Source: Gemmatimonadales bacterium (GTDB lineage: Bacteria > Gemmatimonadota > Gemmatimonadetes > Gemmatimonadales > GWC2-71-9). Taken from it: 64,000 nucleotides of DNA. Shown here one piece after another: positions 9,778-19,725 of this stretch. Below the pieces are notes generated by a model. That model saw only the letters and a list, made by a program, of their open reading frames with translations. It was not told where the DNA came from and did not search any database. Each line of letters opens with the position of its first letter. The stretch's first letter is position 1. Both the position numbers and the translations under genes were made by a program. The stretch lies in NCBI GenBank assembly GCA_035538515.1, contig DATLKF010000010.1, positions 194,679 through 258,678 of the forward strand, in the 5' to 3' direction.

Positions 9778-11264
9778 AGTACATCCTGGCCCTCGACCAG
9801 GGCACGACCAGCTCTCGCACCATCGTGTTCGACCACGCCGGCAGTGTTGTTGCGTCGGCGCAAAAGGAGTTTCGCCAGATCTTCCCCCAGCCTGGATGGG
9901 TGGAGCACGACGCGAGCGAGATTTGGGCGACGCAGCTTCAGACGGCGGCCGAAGCGATCGCCAAGGCCGGACTGACCGCGGCCGACATCGCGGGCATCGG
10001 CATAACGAATCAACGGGAAACCACCGTGGTCTGGGACCGCGAAACCGGCGAGCCGATCCATCACGCCATCGTGTGGCAGGATCGCCGCACCGCCGCGGCG
10101 TGCGACCGCCTCAAGGCACGCGGGCTCGCGCCGATGATCAAGCGCAAGACGGGGCTGGTGGTGGACGCCTATTTCTCCGGCACGAAGCTGGAGTGGCTGC
10201 TCCGCCATGTCCCACGGGCCCGCGCCAATGCAAACGCCGGCAAGCTGGCATTCGGCACCGTGGACTCCTGGCTGGTGTGGAACCTGACGCGTGGCCAGGT
10301 ACACGCGACCGACCCCAGCAACGCGTCGCGCACGATGCTGTTCAATCTGCGCACCGGAGACTGGGACGACGAGCTGCTGGAGGTGTTCGGGGTCCCACGC
10401 TCGGTGTTGCCGGCGGTGCGGTCGTCGAGCGAAGTGTACGGCGAAACGACGCTGTTCGGCGGCTCGGTCCCGATCGCCGGAATCGCCGGCGATCAGCAGG
10501 CGGCCCTGTTCGGCCAGGCGTGCACCGAGCCCGGCATGGTGAAGAACACCTACGGCACTGGGTGCTTCATGCTCATGAACACCGGCGCGCAGGCGATTGC
10601 GTCGAAGAACAATCTCCTGACGACCGTCGCCTGGCGCATCGGGCGCCGGACCGAGTACGCGCTGGAGGGAAGCATTTTCATCGCGGGTGCGGTCGTGCAA
10701 TGGCTGCGCGACGGACTGGGGATCATCAAGTCGTCGTCCGACGTCGAGGCGTTGGCCTCGCAAGTGACGGACCCGGAGGGCGTGTATCTCGTTCCCGCCT
10801 TCGCCGGCCTCGGCGCACCGCATTGGGATCAATATGCCCGCGGCATCATCGCGGGCGTCACGCGCGGTACGACGGCGGCTCATATCGCGCGCGCGGCGCT
10901 CGAGGGCATCGCGTTTCAAGTCGACGACGTGCTGCGCGCGATGGAGGCGGACGCCAAGATCAAGTTGAAGGAGCTACGCGTGGACGGCGGCGCGTCGGCG
11001 AACAACCTGCTGATGCAATTCCAGTCCAATCTGCTCGGCGTTCCCGTCGTGCGGCCGAAGGTCACCGAGACTACGGCGCTCGGCGCGGCGTATCTCGCCG
11101 GATTGGCGGTGGGCTACTGGAAGGATCAGCGACAGATCGCGGCGCAGTGGCAGGTGGACCGCCGCTTCGCCCCCGCGATGAAACCTGCCCGGCGCAAGCA
11201 GCTCGAGGCCGGTTGGCGCAAGGCGCTCGAGCGGGCCCGACGCTGGGAAGAAAAGGAGAGCTGA
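9774..11264 (+). CDS. glpK: Glycerol kinase
   Basis: [16 protein letters not shown]-terminus and FGGY kinase motifs throughout. ATG 9774 overlaps the glpF stop (ATGA). Confidence 0.95.
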   Translation: MKYILALDQGTTSSRTIVFDHAGSVVASAQKEFRQIFPQPGWVEHDASEIWATQLQTAAEAIAKAGLTAADIAGIGITNQRETTVVWDRETGEPIHHAIVWQDRRTAAACDRLKARGLAPMIKRKTGLVVDAYFSGTKLEWLLRHVPRARANANAGKLAFGTVDSWLVWNLTRGQVHATDPSNASRTMLFNLRTGDWDDELLEVFGVPRSVLPAVRSSSEVYGETTLFGGSVPIAGIAGDQQAALFGQACTEPGMVKNTYGTGCFMLMNTGAQAIASKNNLLTTVAWRIGRRTEYALEGSIFIAGAVVQWLRDGLGIIKSSSDVEALASQVTDPEGVYLVPAFAGLGAPHWDQYARGIIAGVTRGTTAAHIARAALEGIAFQVDDVLRAMEADAKIKLKELRVDGGASANNLLMQFQSNLLGVPVVRPKVTETTALGAAYLAGLAVGYWKDQRQIAAQWQVDRRFAPAMKPARRKQLEAGWRKALERARRWEEKES

Positions 11265-11268
11265 GCCG

Positions 11269-12078
11269 CTACTGGTTGGGCGTGTTGTCGAGCGCCGGCG
11301 CGAAGGTGCCGGACGTCCTGGTGGTGTCGCCTCTCGCCCCGATGGTGTACATGTGCCCGCGGATGAACGACAGGTTCGCTCGCGTGATGACGCTCCGGTT
11401 CGAGCCGGTGTAGCGCGTAATCAGGTTGTACACGCCGTTCGGGACGGCGGTGAACGGACCAGCCGCTTTGTAACCGACTGCGCCGCCCACCGCGATCGAG
11501 TCCTTCGTCACGGTCGTATCGGTATTCTTCGCGTACAATGTCATCGGGTTCGCATTGTAGATCGCGTTCACGAATCGCACGTAGGCGACCGAATAATCCT
11601 GTTGCGCTGGAATCGGGTCCTCGACGGCGAAGGCATCCACCTGCTTGGCCGTGGCATCGTACACGCCACTCAAATAAAAGGAGTATGCCTTCCCGTCCCC
11701 GAGCGTCGCGTGGAGCGTGTCGATTGGGAGGTTGTGAACGTTGCTGGTCGTGTCAGCGATCCGCCCCGTCAGCAGGTACTGGCCGGGCATGATGGCAGAA
11801 TAGATTGCGCCGTTCCCCGCCTGGCCGTACGCCGTGCCGCTGGGGGATTCCGTCCCGCTGCTCGAGGAGATGGCGGTAATCTTGGTCTGGTCGGCGTAAA
11901 AGTTCACGGCGGGCGCACTGACTCCAAAATTGAAGAACAGGATGCGCGCCGCCGGAATGGGCGCCAGCGGAAGCTGCTGGACCGTGTTCTTGTCGCAGGA
12001 GACGATCCCAGTGGCACAGAGCAGCGCCGCGAGCGCACGGGGGTGATTGATCGGCCGGGTCATGGTTTGGTGATCCAC
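11269..12078 (-). CDS. DUF4397-like lipoprotein downstream of SusD
   Basis: Lipobox LLCATGIVSC. Repeated strand pattern (ARILFFNFG..VNFYAD; YVRFVNAIY..MTLYAK) resembles DUF4397. Last gene of the SusC/SusD locus. Confidence 0.55.
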   Translation of the reverse strand: MDHQTMTRPINHPRALAALLCATGIVSCDKNTVQQLPLAPIPAARILFFNFGVSAPAVNFYADQTKITAISSSSGTESPSGTAYGQAGNGAIYSAIMPGQYLLTGRIADTTSNVHNLPIDTLHATLGDGKAYSFYLSGVYDATAKQVDAFAVEDPIPAQQDYSVAYVRFVNAIYNANPMTLYAKNTDTTVTKDSIAVGGAVGYKAAGPFTAVPNGVYNLITRYTGSNRSVITRANLSFIRGHMYTIGARGDTTRTSGTFAPALDNTPNQ

Positions 12079-13634
12079 AAGGTATCGGTGTGATAGTCGC
12101 TCGCCAGCGCACCGATGGCGGCGAGGCCCGCCTGGTTCCAGACGTACTCCGAGTTGTACCTCGGCCGGATTCGTTGCACCACCTTGTTCTGGTTGTCGGG
12201 GAAGAGGTTCGTGGGAGGTGCGAAGCCGCGGAATACCTCAACGCCGCTCACCGGGTCGAGATCCGTGTAGTGATAGCGGCGCATGTCCATCCAGATCTCG
12301 TTGTGCCCCCAGCCCCATAGCGCGATGAATTTCTGCGACATGACGTGGGACCGGGTGACGATCGCGGGGACGATATTGGTGTCCGCGAGAAACGTCGTCT
12401 TCTCCGTCCCCGTGATTTGGGTCGGCGTCTGGCCGGCATCGAGATTGCGCGCGTTCACGAAGTCTATGGACGCGGAGATCCCGTTGATATACGCGGTCCG
12501 CGCGGTCGCCTGATCACCCTTGCGCAGCGCGGCCTCGGCCTTGATGAACTGCAGCTCCGCGTACGTCATCACCGGGATCTTCGAGCGGTCGGCGAAAATG
12601 TACCGGGCCGGCAAGCCCAATCCGCCCGTGCCCGGATAGCCGAAGAAGTTCTGCGGCTGCTGCGCTGTGGTGAGCGCACCGAAGCCGAGGACGTTGGGAT
12701 CGAGGCCGCGGTACTGGCCATCGGGCGACGGGGAGAGCATGCGCGTCATGCGCGGGTCCACGACGCCGCCGAACTGCGTCCCGTTCATGAGATTGAGCGT
12801 GAACAGCGTCTGGCGGTAGAGCGTCGCGTTGTTCCTCGTGCGTCCCCAGAAGTTGTAGTCCTGTAAGTCCGTGCTGGTCGCCGGATACGCGAGCAACGCG
12901 TCGTCGCCGTTGCTCCGGAACGAAGAATCGACCGCGGCGATCACCGAGTCCGGCTGATAGCTACTCTTGTTCGAGAAGTGGTTCAACACCAGCGCTTTCA
13001 GGCCCCACGCGAAGCGGAGCCACTGTACCCGATTCCCGTTGTAGATATGGTCACCCTTGGCGAGGTAGGACGCGTCCACAGCGCCGTCGGTCCGCCGCAG
13101 CAGCACGATCGCACTGTCCAGCAGGCGTTGTACCTCCTGATACGCGTAGTCCTGGGTATCGTAGTCGAACGTGGTGCGCGACTGATCGAACGCTTCCTTG
13201 ATGATGATCTCGCCGTGCAGGTCAGTGAGCACCTGCCAGCCCCACGCCTTGAGGGTCAGCCCCACGCCCAGCAGGTCCCAGCGCTGCTCGGCCGTGGCCT
13301 TGGCGTTCATATCAACGAGGTTCTGCCCCAACGACCAGTACACGTCGCGCCATTGCTGTCCGCCGTTGTCGCTCGCGGCATCGTATCCCATCCGACCCCA
13401 ACTCTGCGCCGGACTGAAGTTCGCCGACGTCGAGATCCACTCCTGGGCATAATGTCCCACGAAGCGCCCATCGAACTGCGGCGACGTCACCAGCCAGTGC
13501 AACATCGGCGGCAAGTACAGGTTCGCCGTTACAGACTGCGGCCCGTTCGGGTTGTTGTTGACGTCCAGGAAGTCGTGACAACCCCCCGCGATGCTGACCA
13601 CGCCAACCAGGAGCGCCAGTTGTCGCTTGTTCAT
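12060..13634 (-). CDS. SusD/RagB family nutrient-binding outer-membrane lipoprotein
   Basis: Lipobox SIAGGC followed by DFLDVNNNPN. 524 aa. It lies immediately downstream of SusC (2-nt gap). Confidence 0.85.
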   Translation of the reverse strand: MNKRQLALLVGVVSIAGGCHDFLDVNNNPNGPQSVTANLYLPPMLHWLVTSPQFDGRFVGHYAQEWISTSANFSPAQSWGRMGYDAASDNGGQQWRDVYWSLGQNLVDMNAKATAEQRWDLLGVGLTLKAWGWQVLTDLHGEIIIKEAFDQSRTTFDYDTQDYAYQEVQRLLDSAIVLLRRTDGAVDASYLAKGDHIYNGNRVQWLRFAWGLKALVLNHFSNKSSYQPDSVIAAVDSSFRSNGDDALLAYPATSTDLQDYNFWGRTRNNATLYRQTLFTLNLMNGTQFGGVVDPRMTRMLSPSPDGQYRGLDPNVLGFGALTTAQQPQNFFGYPGTGGLGLPARYIFADRSKIPVMTYAELQFIKAEAALRKGDQATARTAYINGISASIDFVNARNLDAGQTPTQITGTEKTTFLADTNIVPAIVTRSHVMSQKFIALWGWGHNEIWMDMRRYHYTDLDPVSGVEVFRGFAPPTNLFPDNQNKVVQRIRPRYNSEYVWNQAGLAAIGALASDYHTDTLWITKP

Positions 13635-13636
13635 GG

Positions 13637-16600
13637 TCAGAACCCCATCCTGATGCCGAAATTGACGCCCCGCGGCATGGGGAAGTTGCCGAAGTCGATT
13701 CCCACGCCGCCCGAGCCGCCCACCGCCGCGGTGTTGCCGTTCACTATTGGATCGAGCCCCGTATAGTTGGTGATCAGCAGCAGAGCCGTGCCCTTGATGA
13801 AGGCGCTGGCGTGGCGGGAGCCGAGGAAGCCCTCGGGCAGCTCATAACTCAACTGCACGTCCCGCAGCCGCAGCCAGTTGATATCCTTCTCGATGAACAG
13901 CTCCTCGCTCATGTTGGTGTAATAGGCCGGGTTCGCGCTCGGGACGACGACGATCGTGTTGACGGTCGGGTGAGCGGTGTTCTCCTTTCCGTCCCTCAGC
14001 ACGCCTTGGATCACCCGCGGTTGGTCGCGATCGAGGGTCTGCAGGCTCACGCCATGCGTCGTAAGGAAATGATCGGTTGCGTCGAAGACATCTCCCCCCT
14101 TGCGAATGTCCACCAGGAGGTCGAGGGTGAAGCGCTTGTACCGCAGGGTGTTCGCGATCCCGATCGTGAAGTCGGGTTGGCGATCGTAGCCGGCGTCGAT
14201 GAAGCTGCTGGAGCGGACCGGGAGACCCGTGGTCGGATCGATCAGGAGTTGGCCTCTGCGGCCCGCGCTGTCGGAGGCGACCCGCAGGTAGAACAGCCCG
14301 GTGAGCGACATCGTGGATTGGCCTGGCGCGGTTCCGTTGCGGACGTTGCCGTACAACCACGTATCCGACACATAGGATTCCGGGATGTTACGGGGCAATG
14401 ACGTGACGATCTCGCCCGCGCTGGCCCAATTCGCTTCGACGTCCCACGAGAAGTTCGGCGTCACGACGGGCGTGCCCCGCACGGTGAGCTCCAGCCCGCG
14501 GGCGCGTGTCGAGGCCCCGTTCAAGTTGAAGAGAATGAACCCGGTCCCGTAGCTGCCGCGGACGTCGTTGACGATCTGGTCCTGGGTCACCTTGCGGTAC
14601 ACGGTGCCATCGAGCCCGAGCCGATTGTTGAAGAAGCTCACCTCGGCGCCGATCTCCCAGGACTTCGCGAACTCGGGCTTGAGCCCCAGGTTCGGCCCCC
14701 AAAAGTTGTAGCCGTATCCGCCGAACGACGTCGTCTTGAATTGCAGGGCGGGACGGAAGGCATACGGCCTCGCGTCCTTTCCGGCTTCGGCGTAGGCGGC
14801 GCGGAGCTTACCGGTCATGAATCGGCCGATCGCGGGAAAGGCGTCGGAGAACACGAAGCTCGTGGACACGGACGGGTAGAAGAACGAGCCGGCTCCCGGC
14901 GGCATGGTCGACGTCCAGTCGTTGCGGCCGGTGACCGTCAGATACAGGTAGTTCCGGTATTCGAGCACCGCTTTCCCGAACACACTCACGAGCCGGCGCT
15001 GCTCGGTGGTCGGCTGCGGGAACCGCTGGCCCGTGTTGTTGATCGAAACGAAATTCGGATCCAGGAACTGCGTGCCCACCACGGCGTCCGTCGTCGCCTT
15101 GTGGTCGGAGATGTAATGGCCCACGAGGCCGCTGACCGAGAGGTCACGCGTGAGCGCCTGACTATTGATGTTCAGCACCGTCTGCGCGTCGAGGTTGCGC
15201 GTGACCACGTCCGCTTGATCGAGCACTCCGCCCGTTGAGAAGCCCGCCGCGCTTTCGGGATTGCGCAGCACCAGATTCTGGTTGGTGTAGGAATCCGACC
15301 CGAGGTTGGTCTTGAGGCTTCCCCACGAAAGCGGCGTCACCAGGAAGCCGAGGTTGACCATGATACGGCTGGTCTTGGCGTTGACCTTGTTCTTGTTGAT
15401 GTTGAAGTACGGGTTATCCTGCTCGTCCCCCGCCGACAGACCCGTCAAGCGGCGCCGCAGGCCGGACGGAGTGAGGTAGTCCTTCGCGTTGTCGGTTTGC
15501 GGCCACAGCATCAGGTCGATGAGAGGCCCCAGCACACTGGCGCAACTGCTGATGGCTCCGCACGTACCCTTGAAGACCTGATTGTTGTTGTCATAGGTGT
15601 AGGCCATCGACGCGTCGCTGTTCAGCCAGGGAGCGATCTGGGCCTGTGACGCCGCCGTGATGTTGATCCGGCCGTAGTCCGAAGTCGGCACGACGCCATC
15701 TTGCTTGTCCCCGGCCGTCGCGAGTCGGTAATTGATGCGGTTGTCCGAGGTGGCTCCGCTGAACGTCACGCTCGTCGCCGCGGCGGTGCCGGTACGGAGG
15801 AAGCCGTCGATGTTGTCGTAAAACTGTGTTCCGGCGGGATACGGGGCTACCGAAGTAAAAGAACGAGCCGAGGGTGCCGTCTGTTGACACGGCGGAGGGG
15901 CCGTACACGCGTTGTAGCTGAGGCTTCGCCCCGCTCCATTCGACCCGGCCGCTGCTCGAGTATTCCACGCCGCCGCCCGCTCGGCCCCGCTTGGTCGTGA
16001 TGACGATGGCGCCGTTCCCGGCGTCGATGCCGTACAGCGCCGCCGCTTCCGGGCCCTTCAACACGGTGAGCGTCTCGATGTCGTTGGGATCCAAGTCCGC
16101 CGCCCGGTTGGTGAAATCGACCCCCCGGTTCGAGAGCGCCGTATTGGAATTCGCATCTGACGCGAGCAGCCCCGTGTTGAGCGTGCGGTTGTCCATCGGC
16201 AGGCCGTCCACGATGATCAGCGGTTGGTTGCTGCCGCTGATCGAAGTAACCCCGCGAATGACAATGGATGAAGACGCACCCGGCACGCCCGAGGTGCTCG
16301 TCACGTCCACGCCGGCGATGCGTCCCTGCAGCGCGTTGACGAAGTTCTCTCGCTGGGTCTCGGCGACTGCGGTGCCGAGAATGCTCTGTTGGGAGTATCC
16401 CAACGACCGCTGCGTGGTGGTTTGGCCGAGCGCCGTCACCACGACGGCATCGAGATCGAGCGCCGCCCTGCGGAGCTGGACGTCGATGACGTCCGGCTCA
16501 CCGACCGTCCGTTCCACCAACGCGGTGCCGATGAAGCGGAACTGCAGGGTCTGACCAACCTCGGTGACGAGTGAATAGTTGCCCGCGGCGTTGGTCGAGG

Positions 16601-16754
16601 TCCCTCTGGTCGTTCCCTTGATGACGACGGATACGCCGGACAGCGGCGTACCCTGCTCGCTCGTGACGGTACCCGTCACCGTCTTCTGCTGCGCGATGGC
16701 TTGGGAAGCGATGAGCAACGCCCCCCCCAACAGTGTGAATACTCTGGTTCTCAA
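13637..16754 (-). pseudogene. SusC/RagA TonB-dependent receptor, interrupted by a 1-nt frameshift (or sequence indel)
   Basis: The N-part (ORF 15591..16754) has a signal peptide, a CarboxypepD_reg domain and a TonB plug (IVIRG..PLIIVDG..LKGPEAAALYG). The barrel lies in ORF 13637..15769, whose frame stays open upstream. Reading ...SFFYFGSP|YPAGTQFYDNIDGFLRTG requires removing one C from the C4 run (G4 on the + strand at 15843-15846). Confidence 0.85.
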
Positions 16755-16822
16755 GATGACGGCACGGGTCGTGGTGGAAGGAGAGAATTACCGCGCGATT
16801 CTGAAGGCCGCAAGAAGGTGCT

Positions 16823-19477
16823 ATGTTGGTCTGCGTGTCCGACCCACTCGCGCGGCTCACCGCGGCGCTCGCCGAGCGCTACACCATCGAGCGCGAAGCC
16901 GGCGTCGGGGGCATGGCCACCGTGTATGTGGCGCGCGACGTGAAGCACGACCGCCGCGTCGCGCTCAAGGTGCTGCGACCCGAACTCGCGGCGTTGCTCG
17001 GCGTGGAGCGGTTCCTGAGCGAGATCCGGGTCACCGCCCACCTCCAACACCCGCACATCCTGCCCCTCTTCGACTCCGGCCAGGCGGGCGGGCTCATTTA
17101 CTACGTCATGCCGCACGTCGAAGGCGAGTCATTGCGCCAGCGCCTCGAGCGCGAGAAACAGCTGCCGCTCGAGACCGCCATCGAGATCGCACATGCCGTG
17201 GCGAGTGCGCTCGACTACGCCCATCGCCACGACGTGATCCACCGCGACATCAAGCCGGAGAACATCCTCTTCCAGGACGGCCAGGCGGTCGTCGCCGATT
17301 TCGGGATCGCGCTCGCGCTGACCGCGGCCGGTGGCTCGCGCTTGACAGAGACCGGGCTGTCCCTCGGTACGCCGCAGTACATGAGCCCCGAGCAGGCGAC
17401 GGGCGAGCGCACCCTCGACGCGCGGAGCGACGTTTACTCCCTCGCCGCCATCCTGTACGAAATGCTCGCGGGCGAGCCGCCGCACTCCGGGCCCACCGTG
17501 CAGTCGGTGATCGCGAAGGTCCTGACCGACCGGCCACGGCCGTTGCGGGTACTCCGCGAGTCGGTGCCGCCGTCCGTCGAATTCGCCGTCCAGAAGGCGC
17601 TCGCGAAGGTGCCGGCGGACCGGTTCGCATCGGCGGCGCAATTCGCCGAGGCCCTGACACGTCCGGGGGCGGCGTCCGAGGCGCTCGAGGGCGTGGTGAC
17701 GCTCGAGCGTCAGCTCCGCGCCTCAGGCGTGGCCGCAGTGCCCTGGGCGTTCGCTGTCCTCGCTGCGGGTGCCGCGGTGTGGGGGTGGTTGCGGCCGACA
17801 CCGCGGCCCTCCGTAGCGCCGGTCGTGCGCTTCTCCCTCGCGTTCCCGACGGGGTTCCAACCGGTCGACTCCCGCGGCTCGACCGTCGCCCTGTCTCCCG
17901 ACGGGTCGCGCATTGTCTACGTCGGCAGCGATTCGCTCGGAGGGAGGTGGCTCTTCTCGCGCGGCCTCGAGCGGATGGATCCCGTGCGGATCCCCGGTAC
18001 CCAAGGGGCCGCACAACCGTTTTTCTCCCCCGATGGCCAGTGGATCGGGTTCTGGCAGGACGGCCGACTGCGCACGCTATCCCTCTCGGGCGGGGCGGTC
18101 GCGACGATCTGCGAGGTGCCGAGCCTCGAAGGAGCGACGTGGGGGGTGGGCGGCGTGATCGCGTTCGCCGCCTCTGGGCCTCTTTACCGAGTGGCCGCCG
18201 CGGGCGGCAAGCCGGACGTCGTGGCCACGCCGGATACCGCGCGAGGGCAAGCGTATCGGTGGCCAGAGTTCCTCTCCGACGGTCGCGCGCTGCTGGTCAC
18301 CCTCGTGGACGGGTCCGGAGCCAACCTCGCGGCGGTCTCGCTCGACGGCAAGAGCGTCCGATCGCTCGGCCAGACGGGGATGACTCCGCACTACGGGGAC
18401 CGGGGAGTCGTGGCGTTTGGCCAGAGCGACGGCACCCTGTTCGCCGCCCCCTTCGATCCCGGTCGCCTGCGCTTCTCTGGGGCGGCGGAGCCCGTCGCCG
18501 AAGGCATCCGCGTCGGGCAGCTTGCCGTCGCCAAGTTCGGGATGTCTCGGACGGGCGCGCTCGCCTACCTCCCGGGCGATGCGGCCATGCGCGAGCTGGT
18601 GATGGTCGACCGCGCCGGTCGGTCGCAGGTGCTGCCCACGCCGCTTAATCGCTACCGGGCCCCCCGGTTCTCACCCGACGGCCGGCGCATTGCCGTCGCG
18701 ATCGAGCACGGCACGGGGTCGGTCTCCAACAGCGACATCTGGGTGTACGAGCTCGGCGCGCGCAGCCTGTCGCGGCTGACGTTCGACTCCATTAACGCGT
18801 TCCCGGAGTGGATGCGCGACGGCCGGCGCGTCGCGTTCGTGCGGCAACTCGGCGCGATCACGCGCGAGGGCCTGTTTCGCATAGCGGCCGACGGGAGCGG
18901 CGTGCCCGAAACCCTGCTCGTCCGCCCGCAACCCGTCTGGGAGGTTCAGTTCACGCCGGACGACCGCACAATGGTGTTCCGTGAGAATCATCCCCAGACA
19001 CGTCGCGACATCTGGGTGATGCCCCTGGACAGCCCGTCTGCGGCAAAGCCGCTCCTGAGAACGCCATTCGAAGAGCGCGCGATGGCCCTGTCTTCCGACG
19101 GTCATTGGCTGGCCTACACCTCCAACGAAACAGGCACCGACGAGGTCTATGTGCGACAGCTTCGGGAAGGGAGCGCTCGGTGGCGCGTCTCGGCACACGG
19201 GGGTTCGGAGCCGCGCTGGGGGCGAGACGCCCGCGAGTTGTTCTTCCGGAACGGAGACTCCGTGTACGCCGCGGCAATCCAGCTCGGGGCAGAGGTGAGG
19301 ACAAGGCCACCGCGGGCGCTGTTCGGTGGTAGGTACCAAACGGGGTTCGCTGGCCACAGCGTATCGTACGACGTGTCTCCGGACGGGAGCCGGTTTCTGT
19401 TGGTGCGCGATCCGGGCACCGGTGACCAGGAGCTGAACGTGGTGCTCAACTGGTTCGACCACTTCCGTCGCCACTAA
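16823..19477 (+). CDS. Ser/Thr protein kinase fused to TolB/PD40-like beta-propeller repeats
   Basis: Kinase motifs GGMATVY, VALKVL, HRDIKPEN, DFGIA and SPEQ, followed by a TM segment and a long WD40-like/PD40 region (FSPDG repeats). Confidence 0.9.
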   Translation: MLVCVSDPLARLTAALAERYTIEREAGVGGMATVYVARDVKHDRRVALKVLRPELAALLGVERFLSEIRVTAHLQHPHILPLFDSGQAGGLIYYVMPHVEGESLRQRLEREKQLPLETAIEIAHAVASALDYAHRHDVIHRDIKPENILFQDGQAVVADFGIALALTAAGGSRLTETGLSLGTPQYMSPEQATGERTLDARSDVYSLAAILYEMLAGEPPHSGPTVQSVIAKVLTDRPRPLRVLRESVPPSVEFAVQKALAKVPADRFASAAQFAEALTRPGAASEALEGVVTLERQLRASGVAAVPWAFAVLAAGAAVWGWLRPTPRPSVAPVVRFSLAFPTGFQPVDSRGSTVALSPDGSRIVYVGSDSLGGRWLFSRGLERMDPVRIPGTQGAAQPFFSPDGQWIGFWQDGRLRTLSLSGGAVATICEVPSLEGATWGVGGVIAFAASGPLYRVAAAGGKPDVVATPDTARGQAYRWPEFLSDGRALLVTLVDGSGANLAAVSLDGKSVRSLGQTGMTPHYGDRGVVAFGQSDGTLFAAPFDPGRLRFSGAAEPVAEGIRVGQLAVAKFGMSRTGALAYLPGDAAMRELVMVDRAGRSQVLPTPLNRYRAPRFSPDGRRIAVAIEHGTGSVSNSDIWVYELGARSLSRLTFDSINAFPEWMRDGRRVAFVRQLGAITREGLFRIAADGSGVPETLLVRPQPVWEVQFTPDDRTMVFRENHPQTRRDIWVMPLDSPSAAKPLLRTPFEERAMALSSDGHWLAYTSNETGTDEVYVRQLREGSARWRVSAHGGSEPRWGRDARELFFRNGDSVYAAAIQLGAEVRTRPPRALFGGRYQTGFAGHSVSYDVSPDGSRFLLVRDPGTGDQELNVVLNWFDHFRRH

Positions 19478-19725
19478 CCGAAGCCGCGCAGGCGTGGCGC
19501 GGGCACCACGAAACCGTCGCAACAACCAGCCGAGCCGCACCCCTCCTCTCCAGCCGGGCACGCCGCCGATGACCTGAACAGCCGCCCAACGGGCCTGCCG
19601 ACCCCGAGTCCTGTGATCGCCAACACCAAATACCGTGATTTTGGTGCTCGTCGCTGCGGGATTTGGGCAACGTCGAACGTCTGCCACATTGCCCATTCGG
19701 ATGTGTCGGTCACGTGCGTTACGGT

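Noticed and set aside
16579-18648. 689-aa same-strand ORF overlapping the Ser/Thr kinase gene in another frame.
   Set aside because: Extremely Arg/Ala/Pro/Gly-rich with no motifs. The alternative frame (16823-19477) carries a complete kinase plus propeller.
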